A stretch of 64,000 nucleotides of DNA from Arenicellales bacterium (GTDB taxonomy: Bacteria; Pseudomonadota; Gammaproteobacteria; BMS3Bbin11): the NCBI GenBank assembly GCA_029287915.1, contig JARFQE010000115.1:34969-98968 (forward strand). Direction: 5' to 3'. How positions within the stretch are numbered: position 1 is the first letter of the stretch; the number at the start of each line of letters is the position of its first letter. This document shows, one piece after another, positions 44,263 through 54,453 of the stretch. The position numbers and the translations under genes are program-made. Below the pieces are notes generated by a model. That model did no database searches. It saw nothing but the letters and a program-made list of their open reading frames with translations, and was not told where the DNA came from.

Positions 44263-44757
44263 ATGAAAAATAATAAATTAAAAATACTCTATTTGATTAT
44301 ATGTTGCACATCAACACTTGCAGGATGTGCGACGCAGAGTTCATTGAAATCTGTAAGTGCCGGTAAGATAGAGTGTTCAAGTGGAGAAACAGAAATTAGA
44401 GATTTCAATCGGTCAAGGTCATTTCCACCGATACTTTCATGGACGGCAATTTGTAATGACAAAGCGTATAGTTGTTCAGGAAATCTCGAGCATTCAACAT
44501 GTGTTCTAAAAGAGCGTGCCCAGAGTAAACCCATAATTAAGGGAGACATCGATATTAAGGAAGACAGCGATGTAAAAAATCTGATTATGTCATTCCAGAA
44601 AGCTTTGAACGATATGGGTTATATCGCTGGCCCCGTAGATGGAATTCTGGGGAAGAAGACACGCATAGCAATCGAATTATATCAACATGAAAAAAAATTA
44701 CCTGTTACTGGGCGTATTGATATGCCCACAAAGAAAGCGTTGTTGCTGGGTAAGTAG
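44263..44757 (+). CDS. Lipoprotein with C-terminal peptidoglycan-binding domain (PG_binding_1-like)
   Basis: Lipobox LAGC. C-terminal motif LGYIAGPVDGILGKKTRIAIELYQ, typical of PG-binding domain 1. Confidence 0.6.
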   Translation: MKNNKLKILYLIICCTSTLAGCATQSSLKSVSAGKIECSSGETEIRDFNRSRSFPPILSWTAICNDKAYSCSGNLEHSTCVLKERAQSKPIIKGDIDIKEDSDVKNLIMSFQKALNDMGYIAGPVDGILGKKTRIAIELYQHEKKLPVTGRIDMPTKKALLLGK

Positions 44758-44800
44758 TTAATTGTACTAGCTCAGACCTGATCTGACAGTTACCCGTTCT

Positions 44801-45172
44801 TCACCTGGTTTCAGTCAATTGAGGAAATTGCGACATAAAAGACTCCAATTTACCATCTTCCTCTAGTTGGTTGTCTTTTTGAAACTGTTTAATCGCAGAT
44901 TTTGTCTTCGTCCCCATGATGCCGTCAACTTGCCCTACATCATAGCCAAGTTGCTTAAGTACAATCTGAGATTTTGCGACAGTATTTTTGTGAGTATCAT
45001 TACCTGCTATTTTTGTGCCAGAATATTTCTGTTCCTTCCTGTCGTCGAAGTCTGTCTTAACCTCATCTTCACTAGTAGTAGCTGCTATCGGATCTGCAAC
45101 ACAACCACCGAGAGTATGTAATAAAGTAGGGAGGAATATTAATATCATGAGGTATCGGGGTATTTTTTTCAT
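44801..45172 (-). CDS. Lipoprotein with peptidoglycan-binding domain (PG_binding_1-like)
   Basis: Lipobox LGGC. Motif LGYDVGQVDGIMGTKTKSAIKQFQ. Convergent with the preceding paralogous-looking gene. Confidence 0.6.
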   Translation of the reverse strand: MKKIPRYLMILIFLPTLLHTLGGCVADPIAATTSEDEVKTDFDDRKEQKYSGTKIAGNDTHKNTVAKSQIVLKQLGYDVGQVDGIMGTKTKSAIKQFQKDNQLEEDGKLESFMSQFPQLTETR

Positions 45173-45472
45173 TTTATTCTCTTTCAGAATAACACTTATA
45201 ATTAGGATGAATCATTGAATTAATGTCTTAAGAAACTACCTGTACAAGACGAGAGAGTACCCATTTGACAGCACGACTCTGTCACAACTGAACGACACCT
45301 CTACAATGTTGATTTATTCTCCCTAAAAAAAGTCTAACACATAAAAAATTGTAGTAATTTGTGAACAATTGCTTTGGGTCGTTAGTCGTCGTTCACATCC
45401 ACCCAACCAATTTCCTCTCCTGGGCGTCTGCTATCAGCCAGAAGCCACCATTTTTTTCACCAGATAATCATG

Positions 45473-45496
45473 CAATAAAAATCCGCCGAAGCGGGT
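45473..45496 (-). terminator. Rho-independent terminator for the small minus-strand gene at 45534-45683
   Basis: Minus-strand reading ACCCGCTTCGGCGGAT followed by TTTTTATT. Confidence 0.5.
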
Positions 45497-45533
45497 TAAG
45501 TTGGGGAGTGTCCACTAACAAATGTGAAGCCTA

Positions 45534-45683
45534 GTTTAGCAATCTCGCTAAATGCATAAGCTGTAAAGTCGTATACATATCTTGTGATTTAGGTTTGTCA
45601 TCTTCATGCATTTTTATTATGCGATGCTTTTTTCTATGCTGATGTAGTTTTTTATTTTTTAGTTGCCATGTGTCCCGATTCAT
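45534..45683 (-). CDS. Hypothetical very basic small protein (50 aa)
   Basis: ATG 45683 with GAGGG SD 9 nt upstream. Sequence MNRDTWQLKNKKLHQHRKKHRIIKMH.... Own terminator downstream. Confidence 0.3.
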
Positions 45684-45754
45684 TTTTATGCCCTCATTGC
45701 TTTTCTTGCAAGCATAGTTACTTTCTGGGATACAGCAAGGAAGCTTCCTTTTTG

Positions 45755-45781
45755 CCAATAAAAAGCCCGTCGAAGCGGGCT
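45755..45781 (-). terminator. Rho-independent terminator for the AP2-like gene
   Basis: Minus-strand reading AGCCCGCTTCGACGGGCT followed by TTTTTATT. Nearly identical to the terminator at 45473-45496. Confidence 0.55.
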
Positions 45782-45807
45782 GAATAGAAGTACTTTATTT
45801 TTGTTCT

Positions 45808-45972
45808 TTATGCAAAATTCTTTTTCTTTCGAGCAAATCCTAATCCAGCAAGGCCGAGAGCCCACCTTACAGCGAGACGTACTGTTGAAAATGTTTTGGT
45901 TTTTATGACACGACCATTGTGGCGAATGGTTGCTTTGAATTTGTTGCTGTCGGTCTTAGAAGTGTCAGCCAT
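45808..45972 (-). CDS. Small AP2-like DNA-binding domain protein (54 aa)
   Basis: ATG 45972 with GGAG SD. KFKATIRHNGRVIKTKTFSTVRLAVRWA fits the AP2/integrase-DNA-binding pattern (W/F.A.I..NGK...G.F.T.EEA..AY). Adjacent to the tRNA 3' end. Confidence 0.4.
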   Translation of the reverse strand: MADTSKTDSNKFKATIRHNGRVIKTKTFSTVRLAVRWALGLAGLGFARKKKNFA

Positions 45973-46117
45973 GATAGATACTCCAAGTTGAATACGCATT
46001 GCACTCGAGAGGCTAACTTTGACAGCAAGTGCACTTTCTCGAGCACCCATTTGCTCAAATGAGCTTTGCGTATCAACTTAGAGACCCTGAAAACATCCAT
46101 GTTTTCAAGTATTTATA

Positions 46118-46193
<76 letters not shown>

Positions 46194-46294
46194 ATCGTGG
46201 AGCGCGAATATTACTGATACGAACCTTGGTGGTCAAGTAATTGATATGGATTTAGTGGCTAAATTTAACCTGATTCATACCTTCATGTTTATTT

Positions 46295-47479
46295 CTAGCC
46301 AAGTGTTTCAGCAATCCGGGCAAGCGCCTGCTCAAGCATTTCCATGCTAGTAGCATAGGAAATCCGTAGGTAGCCTTCAGCACCGAAGGCTGAGCCTGGC
46401 ACCAGGGCAACTTTGGCCTCGTTTAACAGGTAATCAGCCAGCTCAATATCATTGTTGATTCCATCGTTGCTGGCGATCACATGGCGGAAATCGGCAAAGG
46501 CATAAAAGGTTCCGTCTGATTCGAGGCAGTTTACTCCATCCATCTTATTTAAACGCTCGACGACAAAATCATGTCGTTCCCGGAAAGCCTTCAGCATCGG
46601 TGTGATACATTCCTGGTCACCATTTAATGCAGCTTCGGCAGCAACTTGCGAGATAGAACAGGGGTTGGAAGTGCTCTGAGACTGGATTTTTTTCATTGCA
46701 GCAATAAGGCCGACAGGGCCACCGCAGTAACCGATGCGCCAGCCTGTCATTGAGTAGGCCTTGGAGACGCCATTTAATACGATGGTACGATCATAGAGCT
46801 CAGGGCAGACATTGACGATATTGACGAATGCAGTGTCTGTCCAGAGGATGTGTTCGTACATATCATCTGTTGCGATAAATATGTGCGGGTGCTTTTTCAA
46901 TACCTCGCCCAGGCCTGCAAGTTCTTCACGGCTATAGACTACACCTGTCGGGTTGGATGGACTGTTGATAAATATAAGACGTGTGTGATCTGTGATGGCT
47001 GCCTGCAATTGTTCCGGGGTAATCTTGAAATTTTGCTCTATGCCTGCCGGAACGATGACGGGTTTGCCTTCCGCAAGCAGGGTCATATCAGGGTATGAAA
47101 CCCAGTAGGGTGCAGGAATGATGACTTCATCACCCGGGTTGATCAAGGCCTGAAGCAGATTGAAGCTTGACTGTTTGCCACCACTGGAGACCAGTATCTG
47201 ATTCAACTCGTAATGTAGATTGTTGTCACGCTTGAACTTGTCGACGATGGCCTGTTTCAGACTTGGTATGCCGTCAACCGCGGTGTACTTGGTAAAACCA
47301 TCGCGGATCGCCTGAATAGCTGCTTCTTTTATTTGTTCCGGGGTGTCGAAGTCGGGTTCGCCAGCCCCCAGTCCAATAATATCCAGACCCTGCTGTCTAA
47401 GTTCTTTGGCACGGGCAGTGATGGCAAGGGTTTGTGAAGGTTTAATATTCTGTACGCGGTTAGACAGGGTGATGCTCAA
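46295..47479 (-). CDS. Class-I PLP-dependent aminotransferase (aspartate/aromatic aminotransferase-like)
   Basis: 394 aa with fold-type I motifs (NPTG, SKAYSMTGWRIGY with the PLP lysine). Confidence 0.85.
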   Translation of the reverse strand: MSITLSNRVQNIKPSQTLAITARAKELRQQGLDIIGLGAGEPDFDTPEQIKEAAIQAIRDGFTKYTAVDGIPSLKQAIVDKFKRDNNLHYELNQILVSSGGKQSSFNLLQALINPGDEVIIPAPYWVSYPDMTLLAEGKPVIVPAGIEQNFKITPEQLQAAITDHTRLIFINSPSNPTGVVYSREELAGLGEVLKKHPHIFIATDDMYEHILWTDTAFVNIVNVCPELYDRTIVLNGVSKAYSMTGWRIGYCGGPVGLIAAMKKIQSQSTSNPCSISQVAAEAALNGDQECITPMLKAFRERHDFVVERLNKMDGVNCLESDGTFYAFADFRHVIASNDGINNDIELADYLLNEAKVALVPGSAFGAEGYLRISYATSMEMLEQALARIAETLG

Positions 47480-47608
47480 GATATCTGCTCCTTCTATGTG
47501 GTCACTGTTATAATTAATTATTCATTAAGTTGAGTGCATAATACGATATATATCGCTGATCATCTAGAACGTTAAACAGATCAGAAAACAATTTTCATCC
47601 GACTTTAA

Positions 47609-49630
47609 ATGGGAAATTTCAAACTATACACTGAGTTCGAACCCGCTGGAGACCAGATCAATGCCATTGATCAGCTGGTGGCAGGTCTGGAGAATGGCGA
47701 GGCCTGGCAAACTTTACTTGGTGTGACAGGTTCAGGTAAAACATTCACAATGGCTAATATCATCAGCCAAACAGGCAGGCCTGCCATCGTGATGGCACAC
47801 AACAAGACCCTCGCTGCTCAACTGTATTCTGAATTTCGGGACTTCTTCCCGGAAAACTCAGTTGAGTACTTTGTTTCGTATTACGATTATTACCAGCCAG
47901 AAGCCTACGTTCCATCATCAGATACATTTATAGAAAAGGATGCTGCGATCAATGACCAGATTGAACAGATGCGGCTGTCCGCGACCAAAGCACTACTGGA
48001 ACAGGATGATGTCGTTATCGTTGCTACTGTCTCTGCTATCTATGGTCTGGGCGATCCGGCTGCCTATCACGATATGATTCTCCACCTGAAGCAGGGCGAT
48101 ATTCTCGATCAGCGTGAGATTCTGAAACGTCTGGCCGAGATGCAATACACACGTAACGACCAGGTACTTGAGCGAGGAAATTTCCGTGTACGTGGGGATG
48201 TGATCGATATCTTCCCGGCTGAAGAAGAGCATACTGCCACCCGTATTGAACTGTTTGGAGACGAAATAGAACGGCTCAGTGAATTCGATCCATTGACAGG
48301 TGAAACACTTGTAGAACGGGTACGTACGACTGTTTACCCAAAATCGCACTATGTAACAGCGCATGAGCGTGTTCTGGATGCAGTAGAAAAAATAAAAGAG
48401 GAGCTAACAGACAGGCTGACTGTACTTCGTACACAGAACAAACTTTTAGAGGCACAGAGACTGGAGCAACGCACTCTGTTTGATCTGGAAATGATGCAGG
48501 AACTGGGCTATACAAACGGCATAGAAAACTATTCTCGCTATCTGTCCGGCCGCGCGCCAGGCCAACCACCACCGACCTTGATCGATTATTTGCCCGCCAA
48601 TGCGCTGATGTTTATTGATGAATCACATGTGACTATTCCACAGATAGGAGGTATGTACCGGGGTGATCGATCGCGCAAACAAACACTGGTTGAGTATGGT
48701 TTTCGGTTACCATCCGCACTGGATAATAGACCACTTCGCTTTGATGAATTTGAGGCGCTGATGCCTCAGACTATTTTTGTATCTGCCACGCCCGCTCAAT
48801 ACGAGGCAGATCACAGCCAGGTTGTTGTAGAACAGATAGTGCGCCCGACTGGTCTGCTGGATCCAGTTGTTGAAGTGCGTCCAGTGGATACCCAGGTTGA
48901 CGATGTCCTGTCAGAAATCAACAGGGTCGCCGCCAGTGGTGAGCGAATCCTGGTGACGACGCTGACAAAACGTATGGCAGAAGACCTGACCGACTACTTG
49001 CAGGAACATGGTGTTCGTGTGCGCTATCTGCACTCGGATATTGATACTGTTGAGCGGGTGGAAATAATTCGTGATTTGCGGGCAGGCGTATTCGATTGCC
49101 TGGTAGGGATTAATCTGTTGCGCGAAGGACTGGATATACCAGAGGTCTCGATGGTTGCGATTCTTGATGCCGATAAAGAAGGCTTCCTGCGCTCGACACG
49201 CTCGCTGATCCAGACCATCGGGCGTGCCGCCCGCCATATCCATGGTAAGGCGATTCTCTATGCTGATAAGGAAACAGATTCGATGAAAGCGGCTATCTCC
49301 GAGAGCAGGCGTCGCCGCGAGAAACAGCAACAATATAATCTTGAGCATGGTATTACGCCACGTGGCGTTGAGAAAAAAGTCAAGGAGATCATCGAAGGTG
49401 TCGGTAGCAGGCGAAGTGCGCCGTATAAAGGCAGATCAAAGACAAGCCATCGCGCTGCAGAAGAAATGGCTGCCTACAAAAAGCTGTCCCCACCTGAGCT
49501 GGCTAAAAAGATCAAGCAAATGGAAAAAGAGATGCTCGATTGCGCACAAAACCTCGAATTCGAGAAAGCAGCGGTGCTGCGTGACAGTGTTGATATGCTG
49601 CGGGCGGAACTGCTGGAACTACCCGCCTGA
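47609..49630 (+). CDS. uvrB: Excinuclease ABC subunit B UvrB
   Basis: 673 aa. Walker A GVTGSGKT, helicase motifs and a C-terminal UvrB/UvrC interaction domain. Confidence 0.95.
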   Translation: MGNFKLYTEFEPAGDQINAIDQLVAGLENGEAWQTLLGVTGSGKTFTMANIISQTGRPAIVMAHNKTLAAQLYSEFRDFFPENSVEYFVSYYDYYQPEAYVPSSDTFIEKDAAINDQIEQMRLSATKALLEQDDVVIVATVSAIYGLGDPAAYHDMILHLKQGDILDQREILKRLAEMQYTRNDQVLERGNFRVRGDVIDIFPAEEEHTATRIELFGDEIERLSEFDPLTGETLVERVRTTVYPKSHYVTAHERVLDAVEKIKEELTDRLTVLRTQNKLLEAQRLEQRTLFDLEMMQELGYTNGIENYSRYLSGRAPGQPPPTLIDYLPANALMFIDESHVTIPQIGGMYRGDRSRKQTLVEYGFRLPSALDNRPLRFDEFEALMPQTIFVSATPAQYEADHSQVVVEQIVRPTGLLDPVVEVRPVDTQVDDVLSEINRVAASGERILVTTLTKRMAEDLTDYLQEHGVRVRYLHSDIDTVERVEIIRDLRAGVFDCLVGINLLREGLDIPEVSMVAILDADKEGFLRSTRSLIQTIGRAARHIHGKAILYADKETDSMKAAISESRRRREKQQQYNLEHGITPRGVEKKVKEIIEGVGSRRSAPYKGRSKTSHRAAEEMAAYKKLSPPELAKKIKQMEKEMLDCAQNLEFEKAAVLRDSVDMLRAELLELPA

Positions 49631-49749
49631 CAGGATGTCTCATACAACTCAGCATACTTTACTCGATGTTTTTCCTATAAAAGACTAAAATCAGCCCTGA
49701 AATCCCATTTGATTCTACATCCCCTCCAATTATTCACCTGAATACCTGC

Positions 49750-50385
49750 ATGCTAGAAGTTGATAACCTGGAATGTATACGCGGTGATCGCAGTCTGTTT
49801 GCAGGACTGAGATTCAGTTTGAATGCGGGTGAGCTGTTACACCTGCAGGGTCATAATGGAAGCGGTAAAACAACCTTGTTACGTACTCTGTGCGGTTTAA
49901 TTGTACCGAGCCAGGGAGTTGTGAACTGGAACGGCAAGAATATTCGCCAGCAGCGAGAAGATTTTGCCGCCGAGATGTTGTTTCTATGACACCTGAATGG
50001 TATCAAGGCTGATCTCACCGCAGTTGAAAACCTGCGTATGATTTGTCATCTCGAAGGCCTGCAGGTCAGTGATGAGGACTTATGGCAAGTATTAAAAAAA
50101 ATGGGACTGTTCGGTCATGAAGACCTGCCTGTGCGTGTCCTCTCTCAGGGCCAAAAGCGAAGGGTAAGTCTGGCCAGGCTTTTACTGAGTAAATCACAAT
50201 TATGGTTGCTGGATGAGCCATTTACCGCACTGGATAAAGCAGCTATCGATTTCTTACAGAGTGTAATAGCCGACCATATCAAACAGGGGGGTATGGTCAT
50301 GCTGACGACTCACCAGGATGTATCGTTGACCACGGGCGAAGTCAAACAGTTGCGACTTGGCTGGAAGAAGGACGGTGATGTTTAA
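49750..50385 (+). pseudogene. ccmA: Heme exporter ATPase CcmA interrupted by a single in-frame TGA at 49987-49989
   Basis: 49750-49986 encodes the Walker A half (GHNGSGKTTLLR). After the TGA the same frame continues HLNGIKADLTAVENLR..., then the signature LSQGQKRR, Walker B LLDEPFTALD and H-loop TTHQD. The stop sits where CcmA has a conserved Gly (YLGHxPG). Confidence 0.8.
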
Positions 50386-51046
50386 GGCATTCAGTACCGT
50401 GGTTATGCGGGATCTGCTGCTGGCTATGCGTCATCGTTCAGATATTCTGACAACCTTATTCTTTTTTGTAATTGCAATCAGCCTGTTCCCTCTGGGTGTT
50501 GGGCCGGAGCTCAACACCTTGAGAGAAATCGCCCCAGGTGTCTTCTGGGTCGCCGCACTGCTTGCTTCAATGCTCTCGCTGGAGAGATTGTTTGCCATCG
50601 ATTTCGCCGATGGTACGCTGGAACAGTTACTACTGACACCACAGCCTGCAACTATTCTGGTGTTGGCCAAAGTACTGGCCCATTGGCTGATAACTGGTGT
50701 GCCATTGGTACTTTTATCCCCTCTACTTGGGCTACAATACGATCTCTCATCGGATGTGATACAGGTCTTGATGCTGACATTATTACTGGGAACACCGTCG
50801 CTTAGTCTAATCGGTGCTATTGGCGCTGCACTCACGCTAGGGTTGCGTGGCGGTGGCGTGCTGGTTTCTTTACTGGTGCTGCCGTTGTATATTCCTGTCC
50901 TCATTTTTGGAGCCGGGGCCGTGGAGGCCACTGTGTCCGGTCTAGGTGGTACGGGTCATATATCAATGCTCGCAGCTATTTTTCTACTGTCACTGGTCAT
51001 CGCTCCACTGGCAACGGTTGCTGCTCTTCGTGTGTCAGCGGAGTAG
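50378..51046 (+). CDS. ccmB: Heme exporter permease CcmB
   Basis: About 222 aa with 6 TM helices. Starts at ATG 50378, overlapping the ccmA stop. Confidence 0.85.
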   Translation: MFKAFSTVVMRDLLLAMRHRSDILTTLFFFVIAISLFPLGVGPELNTLREIAPGVFWVAALLASMLSLERLFAIDFADGTLEQLLLTPQPATILVLAKVLAHWLITGVPLVLLSPLLGLQYDLSSDVIQVLMLTLLLGTPSLSLIGAIGAALTLGLRGGGVLVSLLVLPLYIPVLIFGAGAVEATVSGLGGTGHISMLAAIFLLSLVIAPLATVAALRVSAE

Positions 51047-51102
51047 TCAGGTATATTACATCCTCTGTTGTTGTAACAATTACGATTATTAGAATTTGTT
51101 AA

Positions 51103-51852
51103 ATGAGTTCAAATAGATTCAACTGGTTTAGATTTTCCTCACCAGCGACCTTTTACCCGCTGGCAGGGAGACTGGTGCCCTGGTTTTCGGCAATTGCAAT
51201 TATTCTCATCGTGATCGGCTTGTATATGAGCTTCTTTGTGGCGCCGACTGATTATAAACAGGGTGAGGGCTACCGGATTATCTTTGTCCATGTGCCTGCA
51301 TCCTGGATGTCGATGTTTATCTATCTGGTTATGGCATTCTGGGCCATTATTGGACTGGTTTTTAATACTCGAGTTTCGGGCATGATGGTGCAGTCACTGG
51401 CACCAACTGGCGCCTTGTTTACTTTTCTTGCGCTCTGGACTGGTGCCTTCTGGGGTAAGCCTATGTGGGGAACCTGGTGGGTATGGGATGCACGACTAAC
51501 TTCAGAACTTATATTGTTTTTCCTCTATATAGGCTATATAGCACTGCACTCATCGATTGATGACAAGCGACGCGCAGATCGTGCTAGCGCAATACTTGTG
51601 TTGGTGGGTGTTGTTAATATTCCCATAATCTATTATTCGGTAAAATGGTGGAATACCTTGCATCAGGGTGCATCAGTCAGCGTGAAATCGGGATCAAGCA
51701 TGGCATCTATCATGTTGATCACTATGCTGATAATGGCACTGGGCTTCTGGTTCTATAGCATCGCTGTAGCGCTGGCAAGGGTGCGCTCGATAATCCTTGA
51801 GCGTGAGCGAGATGCCAACTGGGTAAGTGAACTGCCTGAGATAAAAAGATGA
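51103..51852 (+). CDS. ccmC: Heme exporter protein CcmC
   Basis: 249 aa. WWD domain motif (WGTWWVWDARLT) and conserved His residues. Confidence 0.9.
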   Translation: MSSNRFNWFRFSSPATFYPLAGRLVPWFSAIAIILIVIGLYMSFFVAPTDYKQGEGYRIIFVHVPASWMSMFIYLVMAFWAIIGLVFNTRVSGMMVQSLAPTGALFTFLALWTGAFWGKPMWGTWWVWDARLTSELILFFLYIGYIALHSSIDDKRRADRASAILVLVGVVNIPIIYYSVKWWNTLHQGASVSVKSGSSMASIMLITMLIMALGFWFYSIAVALARVRSIILERERDANWVSELPEIKR

Positions 51853-52052
51853 AAGAATTTTTTAACATGGGCGGTTACGCCCTTTATGTGTGGGGTTCGT
51901 TTGCTATGACTGCTCTGCTGATGCTTGCTGAACCCCTTCTAGTTAGGAGGAGGCGTAAGCTAGCTCTACAACGAATATCACGCCTTGTTCGCAGTAAGTC
52001 AGCACAGGCATCAAAAAAAATTCAGCAAACTCAACAGGACATCGATAAATGA
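51849..52052 (+). CDS. ccmD: Heme exporter protein CcmD
   Basis: 67 aa, single TM helix. MGGYALYVWGSFAMT matches the CcmD N-terminus. Overlapping starts and stops with ccmC and ccmE. Confidence 0.7.
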   Translation: MKEFFNMGGYALYVWGSFAMTALLMLAEPLLVRRRRKLALQRISRLVRSKSAQASKKIQQTQQDIDK

Positions 52053-52492
52053 AAGCCAGACAAAAGAGATTGATATTTATACTTCTTGGCCTGGTGGCGC
52101 TTGGACTAGCAGCCTGGCTGGTATTCAATGCCCTCGGTTCTAATATGTCGTATTTTTATTCACCAACTGAAGTGGTACAGAAGAAAGCACCGCAAGATCA
52201 TTTGTTCAGACTCGGTGGCATGGTGGTAAAAGGCAGTGTTCAGCGTGGTCAGGAACTAACCGTACGGTTTGCTGTGACCGATACTGCTAATGTGGTCGAT
52301 GTCGAATATACCGGCATTCTTCCTGATTTATTTGAAGAAGGTCAGGGCGTTATTGCACAGGGAAAGCTCGGCAAGAACGGTGTTTTTGTTGCCTCAGAGG
52401 TGCTGGCCAAACATGACGAAAATTACATGCCCCCCGAAGTGGCAGATGCACTTCAAAAAGCGGGTCAGAAAACCAGCGGTGAAACAAAGTGA
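52049..52492 (+). CDS. ccmE: Cytochrome c-type biogenesis heme chaperone CcmE
   Basis: 147 aa. N-terminal TM helix and an OB-fold body (FRLGGMVVKGSVQR). Confidence 0.9.
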   Translation: MKARQKRLIFILLGLVALGLAAWLVFNALGSNMSYFYSPTEVVQKKAPQDHLFRLGGMVVKGSVQRGQELTVRFAVTDTANVVDVEYTGILPDLFEEGQGVIAQGKLGKNGVFVASEVLAKHDENYMPPEVADALQKAGQKTSGETK

Positions 52493-54453
52493 TACCTGAA
52501 ATTGGACAGTTTGCACTTATCCTCGGGCTGGTATTTTCCCTGGTTCAGACTGTACTGCCACTGGCAGGTGCACATAAGGGTATTTCCAGCTGGGTGGCTG
52601 TAGCAAAACCGGCAGCCCGAGTGCAGTTGTTATTTATCTCTATCTCATTTGCCTGCCTGACCTGGAGTTTTCTGACACATGATTTCTCGGTCAAATACGT
52701 TGCAATGAATTCAAACACTGCGCTGCCAACCATGTATCTGTTTTCTGCTGTTTGGGGCGCACATGAAGGTTCGCTATTACTATGGGCGCTGGTAATTTCC
52801 ATCTGGTCCACCTGTGTTAGCGTATTCAGTCGTAGCATTCCACCCGTTATGCTGGCCAGGGTGCTTGGAGTTCTAGGTTTTGTCAGTGTCGGTTTTTTGT
52901 TGTTTATTTTACTGACTTCAAATCCATTTGAGAGACTGGTACCTGCGGCAATAGAAGGGCGAGACCTGAATCCATTGTTGCAGGATTTTGGACTGATTAT
53001 TCACCCCCCCATGCTGTATATGGGATATGTAGGGTTTGCCGTACCGTTCGCTTTTGCAATTGCTGCCATGCTGGGAGGCAGGCTCGATGCAGCCTGGGCA
53101 AGATGGTCACGCCCCTGGACCCATGCGGCCTGGATTTTCCTCACGCTTGGCATCGCTCTCGGTTCCTGGTGGGCCTACTACGAACTGGGCTGGGGCGGCT
53201 GGTGGTTCTGGGATCCTGTTGAAAACGCCTCTTTTATGCCGTGGCTAGTGGGTACGGCGTTGATGCACTCACTTGCAGTGACCGAGAAAAGGGGCGCTTT
53301 CAAGGCGTGGACTGTGTTACTCGCAATTTTTGCTTTCTCTCTCAGCCTGCTAGGTACCTTTCTGGTTAGGTCGGGTGTCCTGACATCGGTACATGCCTTT
53401 GCCTCTGATCCGGCCCGTGGTGTATTTATTCTGATTTTCCTCTGTGTTGTTGTTGGCAGTTCTCTGCTGATCTATTCCTGGCGCGCTTCGCAAATAAGGA
53501 GTCATGTCCATTTTGACCTGCTATCGCGCGAAACAGGACTGCTGCTGAACAATGTTTTTCTTGTCGTGTCTGCAGCCAGTATATTACTGGGCACCCTTTA
53601 TCCATTAATTGTCGATGCATTAGGTATGGGTAAAATTTCCGTTGGGCCACCCTATTTCAACAGTGTTTTTATTCCGTTGATGGCACCACTGGCAATCTTG
53701 CTAGGTATCGGGCCATTGCTGCGCTGGAAGCGAGATACCTTTAGCCGAATCCTGCCAAAAGTATGGCTGATTGCTTTGATTAGTCTGGTTGTTGGGCTGC
53801 TTTTTCCAATGCTTGTCATGGACTTCTATGATATCGCGGCTGCCTTTGGCATGGTACTGGCAGTTTGGGTCCTGGGTATGACGTTAAAATCTCTTCTAGA
53901 TCAGTCAAGAGGGCGCAGCCTTGCTACCGTTTCACGCTCATTCTGGGGCATGGCGCTGGGGCATATCGGTATTGCCGTATTTATTGTCGGCATCACCCTG
54001 ACCTCTATATATAGCACTGAAAAAGACCTGCAGGTTACGCCAGGAGAAAGTTATCAACTGGCTGGTTTCAATTTCACATTTGAAGGTGTCAAGGAAATTG
54101 CTGGAAAAAACTACCGTGCTTCAAATGGAAAACTAACGGTGTCGAAAGACGGACGGCATATTGCGACGATGGAACCAGAAAAGCGGGTCTATCTGGTACA
54201 GAAGATGCCTATGACAGAAGCTGCCATTGATGCGGGCCTGTTTCGTGATCTGTTTGTTGCGCTCGGTGAGCCACTGGGCAACAAGGGCGCGTGGAGTGTA
54301 CGAATTTATCATAAGCCTTTCATCCGCTGGATCTGGCTGGGTGCTCTGATTATGGCGCTGGGTGGTTTAGTATCCGCCACCGATCCGCGTTACAGGAAAC
54401 TGGCGCGTGCTAAACGAAAGCAGGTCGCGGAAACTGCAGAGGCAGCAGCATGA
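52489..54453 (+). CDS. ccmF: Cytochrome c-type biogenesis protein CcmF
   Basis: 654 aa polytopic membrane protein with the WWD motif (GWGGWWFWDPVEN). Confidence 0.9.
   Translation: MIPEIGQFALILGLVFSLVQTVLPLAGAHKGISSWVAVAKPAARVQLLFISISFACLTWSFLTHDFSVKYVAMNSNTALPTMYLFSAVWGAHEGSLLLWALVISIWSTCVSVFSRSIPPVMLARVLGVLGFVSVGFLLFILLTSNPFERLVPAAIEGRDLNPLLQDFGLIIHPPMLYMGYVGFAVPFAFAIAAMLGGRLDAAWARWSRPWTHAAWIFLTLGIALGSWWAYYELGWGGWWFWDPVENASFMPWLVGTALMHSLAVTEKRGAFKAWTVLLAIFAFSLSLLGTFLVRSGVLTSVHAFASDPARGVFILIFLCVVVGSSLLIYSWRASQIRSHVHFDLLSRETGLLLNNVFLVVSAASILLGTLYPLIVDALGMGKISVGPPYFNSVFIPLMAPLAILLGIGPLLRWKRDTFSRILPKVWLIALISLVVGLLFPMLVMDFYDIAAAFGMVLAVWVLGMTLKSLLDQSRGRSLATVSRSFWGMALGHIGIAVFIVGITLTSIYSTEKDLQVTPGESYQLAGFNFTFEGVKEIAGKNYRASNGKLTVSKDGRHIATMEPEKRVYLVQKMPMTEAAIDAGLFRDLFVALGEPLGNKGAWSVRIYHKPFIRWIWLGALIMALGGLVSATDPRYRKLARAKRKQVAETAEAAA

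Noticed and set aside
49987-49989. UGA recoding (Gly or Sec) as the explanation for the ccmA in-frame stop
   Set aside because: TGA is used as an ordinary stop by many confident genes in this window (pyrG/kdsA junction, sdhD/sdhA junction, ccmC). No SECIS-like hairpin is evident downstream. A point mutation, an assembly error or leaky readthrough is more plausible.
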